Source: Macrostomum hystrix (Eukaryota; Animalia; Platyhelminthes). From it: a DNA stretch of 64,000 nt. How positions within the stretch are numbered: the first letter of the stretch is position 1; the number at the start of each line of letters is the position of its first letter. This document shows, in pieces, positions 11,948 to 24,890 of the stretch. A program made the translations under genes and the position numbers. The stretch lies in assembly GCA_950097015.1 (NCBI GenBank), contig CATNEN010000038.1, positions 12,400,001 through 12,464,000 on the forward strand, written 5' to 3'. The notes below the pieces were generated by a model. The model ran no database searches and had not been told where the DNA came from. It saw only the letters and a list, made by a program, of their open reading frames with translations.

Positions 11948-14900
11948 ATGTTTAGCAACAACCTGACGGTCAATCCCTGCCTGGTGCACCTGATGCAGCT
12001 ACGGCGCCACCCGGTAAACGCTCTCTACCTGTACTATCAGTGTCGCAATGAGACCAATTACACCAGCGCCTTCACCGAGCTGCGCACCTCCTGGGAGCGC
12101 CTGCTGGACCGTGAGCTGCCTTGGCTGGTCGGCCTGCTGCTGACCTCCGGCTTCCTCGCCCTGCTGGGCGCCATGGGCAACGGCCTGGTAATCGTCCGCG
12201 CCTGTCGTCGCAACGGACGGCGGCTCGGCGGTCGCGAAAGGTGCCCACGGCGACGCCAGCTGTTCGTGCTGAACCTGGCCCTGTCCGACTTTGTCCTGTG
12301 CACAGTGACGCAGCCTGTGAATGCCCTGCGGCTGCTGCAGGACCACGTCAGCTGGCCACTGGGTACTGCTGTCTGCAAGCTGGCAAATTGGCTGACTGGC
12401 CTCAACCTGTTTGTCTCCACCTTCTCCATAACTGCAATCGCTCTTGATCGGTTCAGAGTGAGTGCAAACTAATATCAATAATAATATTGATGATTGCAGG
12501 AGGACTGCGGGCAATCCACATCATTCAGGTGACACTGGACCTGCAGCCAGTGAGGATTCGATTCCGCCACAAACACACAACACACACTCATATCGTACCC
12601 AGGCAAACACTCACACAGGTGTGTACATCTGCCCTGACTTTCTCATCGTTACGCAGTGTACACTCCAAGCCTTCTCTCCACGGCTGCATCCTAAGTTAAT
12701 GTGGCCTCGCTGCGGAATCGAGCTTAGGGACCTTGGCATGAGAGGCAAGCGCGTTAACCGCTCGGCCACTGAACCTCCCCCGAGTGACTGTTTAAACCGC
12801 ATGTGTTAGAATTCTAGCAAGAAAATTGGAATCTGTTTCAACTTGTACGAGCGGCCCAGGCGGCCCAACAAGGCTAGGTGGAATTCTCTCTTTCACGTGA
12901 GTATATTTACTATAGTCTTATTTTTAGCGCTAACTGGGTTGTCCAGTTGATGGATGCCGGGATACAGGATAAAGGATATTTTTACAACCGGGCAGCTACC
13001 GCATACTGGGACAGTCATGCTTTGCAAACAAGCCGGCACATCCTCTGCCGACTAGAAGGGAAAATATACGGGTCAAGCTGCCATAAAAAATCCCATCTTA
13101 TTAACCTGCAGTAGCGGCCGATGTTTACGGCCAAAAAGGGATAAAAACTGATCCCTTTTCTGACCGCACAGCCTGTGTGTGACAGCTCGCGCCTCACCCT
13201 AACAATCTCTCTCCCCTTTTTCCCATTCTTCCCCCCGTGCGGTGTGAATTCGGTAGCCTCAGCTAGCAAACCATTCCAAAACTGATAAGCCGACTTCAGC
13301 CCAGCTTTATTGGGCTGGGGATTAATCTCGCGCTTCTGTGTTGAAGCCACATCACTGTGAAAACCAATTCAGTTCAATGCAATCAAGCCTATAGAGCGTG
13401 AGGCTGTGGTATAAATTTTAGCTCAACACGCAGCGATCGTCTTCAGGTGTCGATTAATTATCCTCACAGCAGTTAGGGTCAGGCCTTGAGTGGGAAAGAA
13501 ACTCGGGAATTAATGAGGCTTCCAAGACGTATTTCTATGCCAATCCTAGAAATTTCTAGATAAATGCTTTATTTTCTCAAGCAAGTAGGCATTATGATAA
13601 TAATTGCAGACGGGCAGCGGGCAATGGCAAGGAATTTGGTGACTCCTAGACACACTCACACGGATACCGTACGCAGACATACGCTTGCACAGGGTGTGTA
13701 GCTCGTACATCTGCCCTTAGACTTCCTCGTAGTCAGGCTGTGTACACTTATATTGTGCCCAGTAGCGCCCTCAAGGGCCCGTAAATTGCACAGCAAGCCC
13801 AAAATAAATGTCGCCTCGCCGCGGAATCGAGCTCACGGACCTTGGCGCGAGAGGCAAACGCCCTAACCGCTCTGCCACCCCTCCCCCAGTAAGTAGGCCA
13901 TAGTGTTATTTAGACGCCCTGTGAGTTGTGTTTTTATGCACTAATTTCAGGTCAAAACACAAAACTCAGCCTGTGTTTTCATCTTTGTTGAAGTTTGACT
14001 GCATTTCTAGTCAATTTGCATCCGTCCATGGCCCAGGCTGCAGGAAAAACATTTCTCGGTTTGTTTTTCACCTTTTCTACTCGTGATTAAAAAGAATGCC
14101 AAAGGATTCAGTAGCTGGCTTCCCAAGTTCAACAAGATTTACGGTTTATAATTGCCCCCTCCCTGTCTACCTGTCTCGCGCGGAAACCAAATTTTCTGCA
14201 AAACTGCTCAAAGTAAAGAAATGATATTTTCCAGGACCACTGCTGACCTTTGCAGTTGATTAGAAAGGAGAGAAATTTATTCAATGCAACTCTACGCAGT
14301 CATTACTAATGATGTATAAGACTGAATTACCGAGTTTATGTGACAAAATCATATATCAAAAAGTCTGCAAATGATTGTCAATCAGGACACTTCTGTCAGA
14401 GACGATTTATCCTTACGTAATTTCCTCGTGCTTGGCGGCCAGGCCTACACATTCCACGGTCTAAACAGCGGTACACAAGCTTTTAGAAGCGCATTCAAAT
14501 CGCTGGGGCTGTGTAGCTACAGCTACTACGGACTAGGGGCCACCACCAAAACTTTTTATTCCCCGGAAAATAATCTGAAGCTTCGAACTCCAGACCTCTC
14601 GGCTCACCACTAGACCAGACCGCCTACGAACTCCCTTTCTCGCAATCGCCCACAGACAATCGTGCGCCCGGACCAGCAGAGCTTCGGCAGCAGCGGCAGT
14701 GGCACCAGCCGTAAGCAGCCCCTGTCCGTGCCGGTCATCTGGCTGGCCGCGGCCGGCCTCGCCTCGCCGCTGCTTTGGTTCGCCAGCGTCGCCGAGAACA
14801 AAGCGCTGGCCACTAGCCAGGCCCAGCAGCAGCTGCAGTGGCACCAGCTGGATCATCGGATGCTGCTCTGCGGCGAGGCCGTTAGCGATCGCGCTGGTCG

Positions 14901-15345
14901 AGCCGCGAAGCTAGCCTACAGTGTGGCAACGCTGGTGTTGCAGTACCTGATCCCCCTCACCACGGTGGTCGCTGCCTACTGTCGCATTCACGCCCGACTC
15001 CGCCTGAAGCTGCGCTACCGCCGGGAGAGCAGCCAGCAGTCGTCGGCCTACCAGATGCAGCGCCTGATGCTCGAGCAGAAACGCAATCGGCGAAGCAACT
15101 GCCGCCTGACGGCTATCGCGAGCTTCTTCGCTCTGGCCTGGCTGCCGTTGGCGTTGTTCAACATCGCAAATGACCTCCAGCTGTGGCTGCCCTCGACTCG
15201 TTTCATCAGCCGCCACCAGGTGCCAATCCAGATTGTGCAAAGCGCCTCCCTGCTGCTGATTTTGGCCTCGGCCTGCGCTAATCCGCTACTTTACGGACTT
15301 CTCAGCGTGAGGCAGTGGTCGCTGCGGCGCAACAACAGCCAGCAA

Positions 15346-15397
<52 letters not shown>

Positions 15398-16126
15398 CTC
15401 CCGAGAGGTCAGCGTAATATTAATATCCATCTTATTTTGCGAAGCACTAACATAAGCACAAATACAAAACACAAAAGTGCTCATACCGTACAGAAGCACA
15501 CAACTCACACGGGCTGTACATCTTACTCAATGTGTACAATTGCATGAAAAGTCCACGAGCCTTCTCTCCGCGGCTGGCCCTAAGTGAAATTGCAGAAAGA
15601 TTCGACTAAAACTTTATTAGTAATAAACTATGAGTAATTGTGTTGCTTCCTATCTTGGTAACCGTATCAATTAAGGACTGCTGCAGTAATCCTACTAGCT
15701 GGCTATAAATAGCTAACTACTTGGCAATTAAACTAGCCATTTAGGTCATAGAACCATAGAGCTAGCCTCTTACTATTTCGCATCCTCAGAGGTCCTGCAG
15801 GGGCCACTGGATTAAGCACTGCTCGAACTCAACAACCAGTTCAGCCGCCGTCGCCGCACTCACGTCCTACAATCTGCTGTTCCGTGACCCAATCCAACGG
15901 CTTCCGTAGTACAGGTGCCACACGAGGGGCGAGGGGCTATTTTCAACGACGGTCAACTCTACGGAGCCGTTCTGACGAAGTATTCATCGAGGATGAAGAG
16001 CATGACGACGGAGTAGTTGAGACTGCTGCAATAAACATGCTGCCGCTGAGGAAGTCATCGCTTCACCTCGCCTGGTACCATCCAGACGTCACACTGTGGA
16101 TAGATGATGATTATGACGAATGCTGA
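11948..16126 (+). CDS. Rhodopsin-like (class A) neuropeptide GPCR, NPY/NPF/PrRP-receptor-like, 3 exons, ~532 aa
   Basis: Exons 11948-12457, 14656-15407 and 15790-16126, GT-AG and frame-consistent. TM1 GN, TM2 NLALSD, ECL1 WPLG..CK, TM3 VSTFSITAIALDRF, TM5 LQYLIPL, TM6 FALAWLP, TM7 ANPLLYG. The LQYxxP and VSTFSI segments are typical of NPY/NPF-type receptors. Exon 3 is less certain than exons 1-2. Confidence 0.88.
12490..12785 (-). mobile_element. SINE family B copy in GPCR intron 1
   Basis: Reverse complement of the family B head (ggttcagtggccgagcggttaacgcgcttgcctctc...ctcgattccgc) through to the tail. Confidence 0.8.
13600..13890 (-). mobile_element. SINE family B copy in GPCR intron 1
   Basis: cgcggaatcgagctcacggaccttggcgcgagaggcaaacgccctaaccgctctgccacc matches the other B copies. 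Confidence 0.78.
14430..14625 (-). mobile_element. tRNA-derived SINE, family C (degenerate)
   Basis: Minus strand reads ggcggtctggtctagtggtgag...gaggtctggagttcgaa (A and B boxes); tcgaactccagacctctc recurs at ~25808. Confidence 0.5.
15340..15396 (+). repeat. Coding CAG/CAA microsatellite, polyQ(19), in the GPCR C-tail
   Basis: cag caa caa followed by 16 uninterrupted cag codons. Confidence 0.95.
15470..15590 (-). mobile_element. SINE family B fragment, GPCR intron 2
   Basis: gtacatct...tgtacaattgcatga...agccttctctccgcggctg core. Confidence 0.6.
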
Positions 16127-16402
16127 CACATTTAATTTTCGACCAAGTCAATTATTTGCTTTGAAAGAACATGCATGTATACGAGGGTAATATACCAAAG
16201 CAATCTCAAGGTCGTACATTAAATTTTCATGCACTTTTCTTTCCAAATAAGTCTGATGATGCACCTATAGGAGGGCAGAACTCATCGTCATGATCACTAA
16301 ATGTTGATTTTAAGATTTCTCTTTGTCCCAATCGAACCACCTTACCTAAGTAACTAAGAACAATGTTTTAATATTTACAATATTTAATAAGCGCGCCATC
16401 TT

Positions 16403-16800
16403 TTAGCGTAAGTGGTTATAGAACTTCGAGACTCGCCGACTTAATTACGTCGGCCGGTTCGATTCCCGACTCTTCCCTAAGAATTTTTTGTCGTTTAACA
16501 AAACTCTTAAATCTGCATTGCATTTAGTTCTAACATAACTCATAAATTGATACCAGCATCGATCAGTAGAGGTAATTAGGGGAGCGGCGGCCCCCAAGTC
16601 TAGATGTTTACTCCCACAATCCTAAAATCGTTCGAAATAATTAACAACAATTATATCAATAAGCAAACATTAACGTCAACACAAAAAAGGCAACAACAAA
16701 AAATATGCTCAAATTTACACAGCCGTCAGATGCACCGCGCAATAGCTGCGGCAGTGGTGTCGGCAATAGCCGCACATCTGATCCGATTGCTTCGGGAATA
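16403..16800 (+). mobile_element. tRNA-like head and SINE family A 3' fragment
   Basis: tagcgtaagtgg and ggttcgattccc boxes at 16404-16468; cagccgtcagatgcaccgcgcaatagctgcggcagtg...gcacatctgatccgattg at ~16720-16790 matches family A. Confidence 0.5.
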
Positions 16801-17999
16801 TTAGCATTTCCTTGTCTATTTCGATTAGGGATTTTCAAAACTAGGATAACTTTGAAAAAAATTGCAAAACGTATTATCATCATCCATAGTTTTCATTAGA
16901 GCTTGCTGTAATTTTCACATTTTGTGGGGTTGTTTAAAAACGTGTGAAATTCGTTGTTACAGAGTTAAAACAAACTATGATAACTAAACTCGCTTGTTTT
17001 TGGCAAAATGGATATTCTGCTAAAAAAAATATTTTTTTACTGTTTTATTTGCTTCGTATTAAGAACAAAAATTAAAAATATATTTCTTACCTTAAATATG
17101 TCATGTAGTTAAGAAGATTCGTTTTCTAAAAAGTTGAAATGTTTTCAACCAACGTATAATTCAATATGATCATTCGTAAAATAATTTATTGGTCTAACAA
17201 AAGCTGCTGGTTGCGGCTACGAAATTCTTTATGTTTGTCATTTATAGAACAAAAAATTGTATTTATCTATATAAACAATTTTATTAGATGCAAAGTTCAG
17301 TTTTCTAATTTGTGAAATAATAACCACAAGTAACAAAATTTGCTATATTAGTACACCTGCAATGTGATTGAAAAATAGACAGTTTTTTAGAAGTCCTGTA
17401 TTGCTGTTTAAAACAACCGATTTTTATTATAAACTCCGATCTAAATTCACGCTTATGTCTTTCTAGTATTTTAGATCTATTTTTATTTACAATTAGATAA
17501 AAAAGTGTTACAATTAGATTAATAGCTGTATTTCGAGGAAGAAAATAGTTGCACATGCTTGTCAAATGTCAAAGCTAGCGTGTCATGTTTATGTTTAAAC
17601 TAGTTGAAGCTAATTTGGCTCCAAAACGGATTAATACTTTAATTTACTAAAGAATCTGAAGAAAACTTATGATAGTTTTTCTTTTTCTTGTTTATTTATT
17701 GTAATTATTGTATAGTCAGTATAGATGATATAAAAACAAGAAATATGTTTTACCTAGTTTTGTTTCCGAAACCACCATAGAAACCAAATATATATTATAT
17801 ATTTGACTTTCCGCATAAAAATTTCCAGAAAATGTTTGCTATAGAACTGAAACTTGTCCCTAGGTCTTTATAATGCAATTAAAACTACAAAGTACTAAAA
17901 ATTCTTATGAAATTTTTTAAAGAGACTTATTTACCATGGATGTAAGCTTCAACCTTCACAGTTATCAAACTTTTGTCCAAACCCATCACCAGCGATAAC

Positions 18000-20900
18000 A
18001 TGTCGGCAGCATCGCATCGATCCAATCCAGCAGACGACGCAGCGTCTGGCATCTCAGAAGCTGCAAAATCCGGGGCCGGCGGAGCTACAGCAGCCCGGAC
18101 AGCGTCCAGACAGTCGCACGGCAGCGGCGGTGGGGGTGGGGCTGGCAGCCGCGTGAATTTTCCATCCTCTGTCCGATCTGACGCCGGCAGCGGGCGTCAG
18201 CAGCGCGCCGGAGCCGCTGCAGCAGCGGAGGAGCCTGCTGGCAAACCGTTTCGCATGCCGCCTGACAACGACATTTTCGCGCTGCGTGACCAGGAGCGAC
18301 GCCGCAAGAAGCAGGAGCGGGAGCGCCAGAAGGGCCTCCGCGTGCACGAGAAGGTGCCAAAGAAGTCGTCAATCTCCTTCAGGCAGGCGGCCCTGCTGGA
18401 TGCCGGAGCTGGTAGTAGCGAGCGGTCGCTGGTATCAGCGGAAGATCCGAGCCACACAATGGCCGTCACTCGGGGTGAGCTGGCAATGAAAGTTTTTTCG
18501 GCCTTTTGTTCCCATTGTTTTATTCCCAAACGAATTGCTTCAGCTCTTTAATTTTGTGCTGGTTAACTATCGCCAAAAATTGCAGCAATATCTTGAAACA
18601 ATTCGGCATCCATAACTCGCTTTTCAGTGCCCGTAGTGCTCAACAAGTGTAAGCAGGTGGACTTATTTCATAAGAAATAACTCACAAGAAACATTATTTA
18701 CTTTCACAATTAAAGATGACTTTGTTTACGCCTCAACAACATTTTTAATTCGTAAAATTCACTTCCGATTAAGGTTCATGATTCAAGCCAAAGAATAAAT
18801 ACTGGTTTATGTCCTTTTACGAGTCTCCCTATTCACACGCGTGTCGAAAATGCGTGCACTGCACTGTTAGTCGCAGCGTTCTTAACAAATTTCAAAACCA
18901 CGCACCCCGCAGACCGGCAGATCGAGAGCGAGGCCCTGTCAGACTACATCGGCAAGAAGCGGGAGATGTTCCTGCTGTCCTACTCACTCGGTGTGAAACG
19001 GGACGAGATGCGCAAACTGGAGGAGGTGGCCGCGGCTGAGGAGAAGAAGCTAGAACTGGCTGAGCAGTACCTAGAGGAGGACGCCTCCATGTTCGACGAA
19101 TTCCTCAAGGAGAATAACAAGAACTCAGCTGAGGCGATTCGCATGTGAGTTGGGGCTTTCCAGGAGTTCCTGAGGTCGGTCGTGTGTTTTCATGAACCAA
19201 AAACCCAATCAGAACTTTCAAAACGCTTTTATATTTGCCATTTTCATTCAACTCAATTTTTAATGCTTGGATTGCCGCATTCCAGTTCCGATGACGCTAA
19301 TGAAAACATTCCATATCAAATAAAACGTTAGTTCTTCGAAACTGTTTCAGAGCCGACGAAGAGGCCAAGGCGAAGCTGCAGAAGGTGAACGAAATCAAGC
19401 GACTCAACGCCCAGCTGACCCAGATGAAGTCTGAGATTGCCAAATTCGAGGAGCAACTGCGCGAGTACCTGGCCTACAAGGAGTTCCTGGAGCGCCTCAT
19501 GCCCGAGGAAGAGCGCGAACGCCGGCGCGCCCATAAGGAGGCAAAGGCGGCTGCCAAGGCGGCTGCAGCGGCCGCGTCGGCAACTGCGGCCACGGACCGC
19601 GAGAAGACCGACATGAGTCGCGTCAGCAGGCCCAGCCGAGCCGGCGGCCGCGTCTCCATCAAGGAGTCCGGCGCTGGCGCCAGTTCGCAGCAGAAGGAGA
19701 AAACTAGCACGTCATTGAAGTGAGTGAAGACATTTTCAGGAGAGAGCGGAATGCATTTTTTAGATTTTTAATTAACAGTTTTTTTATTTATACACAAGTA
19801 GTCCCAGGTTACTGACTTATCACTTAATTAGATTTTCATTAGCTAACTACCTGCACGCACCCCTAGCTGCTCGCTTCTCACTTATCTTCAATTAAATGTA
19901 ACAATATTTAATTATCATATTAAAATATATATCATGTTTCCTCAGTGCCAGCATGTCGCAGGCTTTAAAGACTCGAACTCTATCAAGCAATTTGGAGAAA
20001 TTAATAAGGAAATTTATAGCATAGACACGTTAGACATCATCCGCAATCATTCCAAAGGAGCACGGGATCTTCGACACCTTTCATTCGAGCGCACTCGACG
20101 CCATCGATTGTTGATGGCGGCGGGAATAACGGCGGCATCCTCGCCACTCTGGGCGCCCTCAGCGCTGTCAGAAAACTCCGGCGCCGCGCCGCAGATCGAA
20201 GGCGGCTGTAAACAGTTTTTGTGCAGCCTAGTGTGATATTTGCAGCCTTTTGTCTTTGGCCGTGTACTTTAGCAACTTTGCTTTCGATTAGCAGTAGAAG
20301 GACCACGGGTGTATTTCAAATACCCACTTCAAAAAAGTTAAAATTAACACTTTAATCAATCCAAAATAGTAAAAAGTGTTAGCCTACATGATTACATGAT
20401 GAAACTTGGTGAGCAGAAAGATTGTGCCTATTTTGGTAGTTTTGCCGCCAGACACCCGACGAGAATCGTTGAATATCTTGAAGATGCCGATGTGTTGTGA
20501 TTCTAAAAGTTGTTTCATCAGACAGAGCGGAAATATTTAGCCGCCTTTGCTAAAATGTTCCTGCTGTCATATCTTATTTTTTAGGAGATTCAGAAAAAGA
20601 CAAATATGGGTGTTTGAAATACCCGTGGTCTATCTACCGTTAAAAAGCGCGACTATCTTCTCTGGTGCGTCGGTATTGTCCCTCTGTCCTCAGTGTTCAT
20701 TGTATTATTATTGACCAGAAAAAATGTAGTTAACTTATTTAAAGTGACTCAATTTAATTATTTTATGGCGTGCGTTTTGTTCACAATTTATGTTCGCGAG
20801 CCCATGTGTAAAAGTATCTATTCGACATAAAATGAAGCTATTTTCTTTGAAATCTAGCCTAAGCTTTTGAAAAAAACTTTTGTTTAAACTGTAGCCTTAG

Positions 20901-23900
20901 AAAGCAGAAGCTGAATTTTGTTGATACTCATACTCAAGAGCTCGTAGCTTCGATCGTTTGATTTTTATTTTGACGCCTTTCAAATTGGGACTGCAAAACA
21001 GCAGAAATATTCTCTCATCTCAAATTACCTCGATGCAGGGCAGCCGACGAGGATGAGAACAGCCGCGCAGCTTTGGAACGATTCCTGGCCGATGTGGAAA
21101 GCGACGACGAAGAGGTGAGAACCTACTTATAGTAGCAAGTTTTGGGTAGAATCGATCTACCAGACAGCGAGGATGCAACTGGGCTCACAGCTAGGTTGTG
21201 CCTGACCCTCAGACAGAGAGGATGCAATTCTTCCCATTTCGCTGACTCGGACTGAGCACACACGCACACTGATACTGTACACAGGCACACACTCACACAG
21301 GTGTATACATCTGCCCTGACTTTCTCATCGTCAGGCAGTGTACACTTTTACTGGCCCTCAAGGGCGTAAATTGCACGACAAGCCTCCAAGCCTTCTCTCC
21401 GCGGCTTCGCCCCCAAAAGTGTGGCTTTGCCGTTATATCGAGCTCAGGGATCTTGGTGAGAGAGGCAAACGCATTAGACCGCCAGCTCACTCCCGCACTA
21501 AAGCCATTTTTTATTTATTGGCACTAAAATTTCTGCACAAGTTGTCCTTACTCATTGTTTTATTGACGCTGTGGGTCATAGGTCATGGGCTCCTAATCCA
21601 CCAGATGCCCATTCTCAATCGTCCGCAGGATCTCGAGCTCTACTTCACGAAGCCGCAGGAGCTACTGCAGATCTTCACAGAGCTGGAGGAGTCCAACCTG
21701 AACCTGATCCAGAACTGCCAGGAGTCTGAGGAGACCCTCGAGGAGCTGCGCCAGTCCAACCAGATCCTCAGCCGCCGAATGGACCGCGAGACGCGCACCC
21801 TTAACGAACAGATCGAGAAGCTTAACAAGTCCATCGAGCGAGAGGAGTCCAAGGCGCGGGAGCTAGAGATCAAGTGCAAGTGAGTACTGCGACAGTCGAT
21901 CGCGTGTCAGCCATTTTTCTTTGATTAAAAGCTTGTTGTGTGTACAAATAATAAGCTAGGTCTCTACCTTTTCGAAAGTGACCAGCTGCGAAGCTTTCGA
22001 CGATGTGTGTTTATGAGTTGGGTCAGAGGAATGGACAAAATTGCCTCTCGCTGGCTGCGGGTCGACTGTCGCAAATGATGTACTTGTACCTGTTTTATTT
22101 GTTTTTCTATCATTTACACAAGTAAATATTTTGTCAAACAAAAATAGTCTCTATAAGTGAGAGAGCGTGGAAGTCTGGAGCAGCACAGAATTATTTGTCA
22201 CTCGGTTTTCAGACTGTTCTCATTCGGCAAGCTGGATGCCGAGGAGCAGGAGAAGATGCTGCAGAGCCTTAACACCAAGGTGGAAGAGGTCTACAGAGCC
22301 TGCTTCGGCGACAACGAGGCGAGCATCAGGTAGGCTCTTTTCGAGCTTATTTTATCGCTTTTAAAAAGTAAAAAATGATGCTTTTGAATTTTTTGTTAGA
22401 CTTAGTTTGAAAGTCGATCTTTGCATTCACGTTTTAATTTTATTATACGGAGTTTTAAGAAACGTCTGTTTAAACTGATGCTTTTTTAACATATAGCCCG
22501 CGTTAAATTAATTTTTGGTTTCGTTTACCATCCGCGTTTGTTTTATATAGTTTGTTATATTTGATATAAAATTGTTTCCTTTAATAGATGCTTTGTTTGA
22601 TTTATTCGACTCGTCTTTTGGAAATACAGTGCACGGCTTGAAAGTGCAACAGCGCCCATGACCAAAAGTGTTTATGGCGTTGTTGCATCCGCAAGCCGTA
22701 CTGCTATCATATAGTCATATTGACTAGCCAACAGTGAGGCTTTTCCATAGACAGAAGCATTATTGCACCCTGACTGTCGACTGTCTATGGTAAATCTCCA
22801 ATTTTTGGTTCATTTGTTGGCTAGACTATGTGACAATGTCGCTTTCTGAACGCTTGAAAAACACCAGACCACAAACACCGATAGACAAAGCGTTGTCTAG
22901 AGCAAATCTCGACCAAATGCAATGCTCGTACTTTCTTTACTTGATATAGCGACGATGCAAGCAATGGCAATGCTCCCCCAGTTCGTCAGGATGGACAGAG
23001 GATGATCAATCCGTTGGAGTAAGTTCATCGATGAACGATGAAACAATCAACCGCGCTATGTACAACTGTTCCGAGCTGTCACATTTTTTGTGCATGCGCA
23101 CTTTTTTCGATGCACTTTTTGGTGATTTTCAAAATCAAGGAAGTCCAGTGTTAATAAGTTAAAAAGTATAAAAGTTAATTACTGATTTTTAGCTACTGAT
23201 CCATAATATTATTCCATTGTGGTGCAAAATTTCACGGAATGGAATTCAAACAGTAATTCAACAAGGCCTAGCTTTGGGTTGAATCTTTGGGCTTTATGTG
23301 TTAGTCTTCACTACAGAAAGCCTATGTTGGAACCTAGATTTTTTTCTCATAGACTTAAGTCCCTGAGCGCGTAACCGCTGTGAGGCCACAGTTATATGGG
23401 GCTCAGGCGAGGAGAGAAGGCTTGTGGGCTTGTCGGATAATTTTCGCCCTCTAGCGCAGTGCGAGTGTACAGTGCTTCACCTTTGTGTGTGTGTGTGTAC
23501 GGTACGAGCGTATCTCTGTGCATGTTTTTGCTCGGCGGTTCGCGAAATGCGCATCATGCAAATCATTGATCAGTGATTAGAGTTTGGTGGATACGATTTC
23601 AACACACTCAAGCATGACGGGTGTCCGCTTTAACCAATCAAAGTTTTGAAGCGCAATTTGAGCTATGAATCAAAGTAGTCGAGGGTAATATCAATTCGGG
23701 GGTTTTATTTGATGTCATTTCGTCAGGACTTAATAGCACTTTGATCTGTCGCAGCTGCTTTCCACCCCCAAAGGGGGGTTGAATTGCTAGTCCTAGTTAC
23801 TATAAATCAGGCATTATATTGTTTTTGCTTTTCCTTTTCGTCAAGCACATCTCCCACACATCACTGCACATCTACTTAGAGTCTTGAGAGTCAACAGAAG

Positions 23901-24890
23901 GTTTTTATTTTTGTTGTACTTTAGTTCGAGCTGTTCTCACAATTCCAAATATCAGATATGTGATACCAGCTGGCATGTAGTTTAGACTACTGTTGATCGT
24001 ATAGGCATTAAAGCTATCAATGCATTTTTTGACTTTTTGTGTTCCTTTCTGCCAATTCTGTCCAGAAAATTACAAAATTTTGATATGATTGGAATTTCAG
24101 TACGCTGCAGATGCTGACGGACATAGAGAACCGGATCGAGTATCTGTTCCAGACCTTGGAGCTTCTGCCTCCAGAGCTTGTGGATGCTGCGCAAAAGGTA
24201 AGACACATTTTTATTTGCCTTCAAATGAAACTGAAAGAATTGTGAAAGAAGGCTTTTGGTATAGCCCTAGACAAAATCACGGAGACTTAACAATAGGTCT
24301 ATGTAAATTTGATATAGTTCTACTAATTTTCAGTAGTGTTTTGTTGGTTCAGTTTCAAGAGCTTGGTTTAAGACCAAATAAACTGATAGAAATGAAACAA
24401 CCCAGTTGAGTCAGCTGTCGCGCAACAACGCTTCCAAAGGACCAAAGGGGCCGTCGCATAGTTAGTGCTGGTACTTAAAGGTAAAGCGTCTACTTTAAGA
24501 AAAAAAACTTGTTCAATTGGGCTGAAAATCGAACTTACGACCTCATGGTTCAGAATTATGACAGCAGCTTTAGTCCTCTTGGTAAAAAGCTATACCTTGC
24601 AACTAAGCCTTAGTTTGAGAAACAATCATTGCATCCTCGACCCGTCACAATTTCAGTCCAAAGACAAGGAGCGCCGTCTGAAGGCCCGCGAGGACAAAAA
24701 GGAGCAGGAGCGACTGCGCCAGGAGGAGCGGGTCCGTCGCGCCCTGGAACGGGCCAAGGAGCCGCCGAAGAAGTACGAGGGCCGCCGAGTGATGGCACGC
24801 AGCAACCCGCCGGCGGTGCGCAAGAAGGACGACGGCGAGAATGAGAGGCTCAACCGAGAGGAGGAGGAGATGCAGTACTTTTTCACCTGA
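18000..24890 (+). CDS. CFAP100: Cilia- and flagella-associated protein 100 (CCDC37/CCDC38 family, DUF4200)
   Basis: Exons 18000-18474, 18913-19144, 19351-19719, [candidate 20034-20207], 21039-21114, 21629-21879, 22213-22329, 24101-24197 and 24657-24890, all GT-AG with matching phases. Family motifs: LRVHEK, YIGKKREMFLLSYSLGVKR, FDEFLKEN, LYFTKPQELLQIFTELEESNLNLIQN, TLQMLTDIENR, GRRVMARSNPP, EEEEMQYFFT*. Confidence 0.9.
20292..20639. mobile_element. Non-autonomous piggyBac-type MITE in a CFAP100 intron
   Basis: Imperfect ~33-bp TIRs (cagtagaaggaccacgggt..tatttcaaataccca / tgggtgtttgaaatacccgtggtctatctaccg) flanked by TTAG (left) and TTAA (right). Confidence 0.7.
21240..21500 (-). mobile_element. 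SINE family B copy, CFAP100 intron
   Basis: cacacaggtgtatacatctgccctgactttctcatcgtcaggcagtgtacac...agccttctctccgcggct...gagaggcaaacgc. Confidence 0.78.
22627..22703. mobile_element. 77-bp foldback element (Tc1/mariner-type MITE or hairpin)
   Basis: cagtgcacggcttg..tgcaacagcgcc pairs with ggcgttgttgca..caagccgtactg. Preceded by TA, with CAGT...ACTG ends. Confidence 0.55.
23358..23525 (+). mobile_element. Degenerate SINE family B copy, CFAP100 intron
   Basis: gtccctgagc...gaggccaca...ggagagaaggcttgtgggcttgtc...gtgtacagtgc. Confidence 0.6.
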
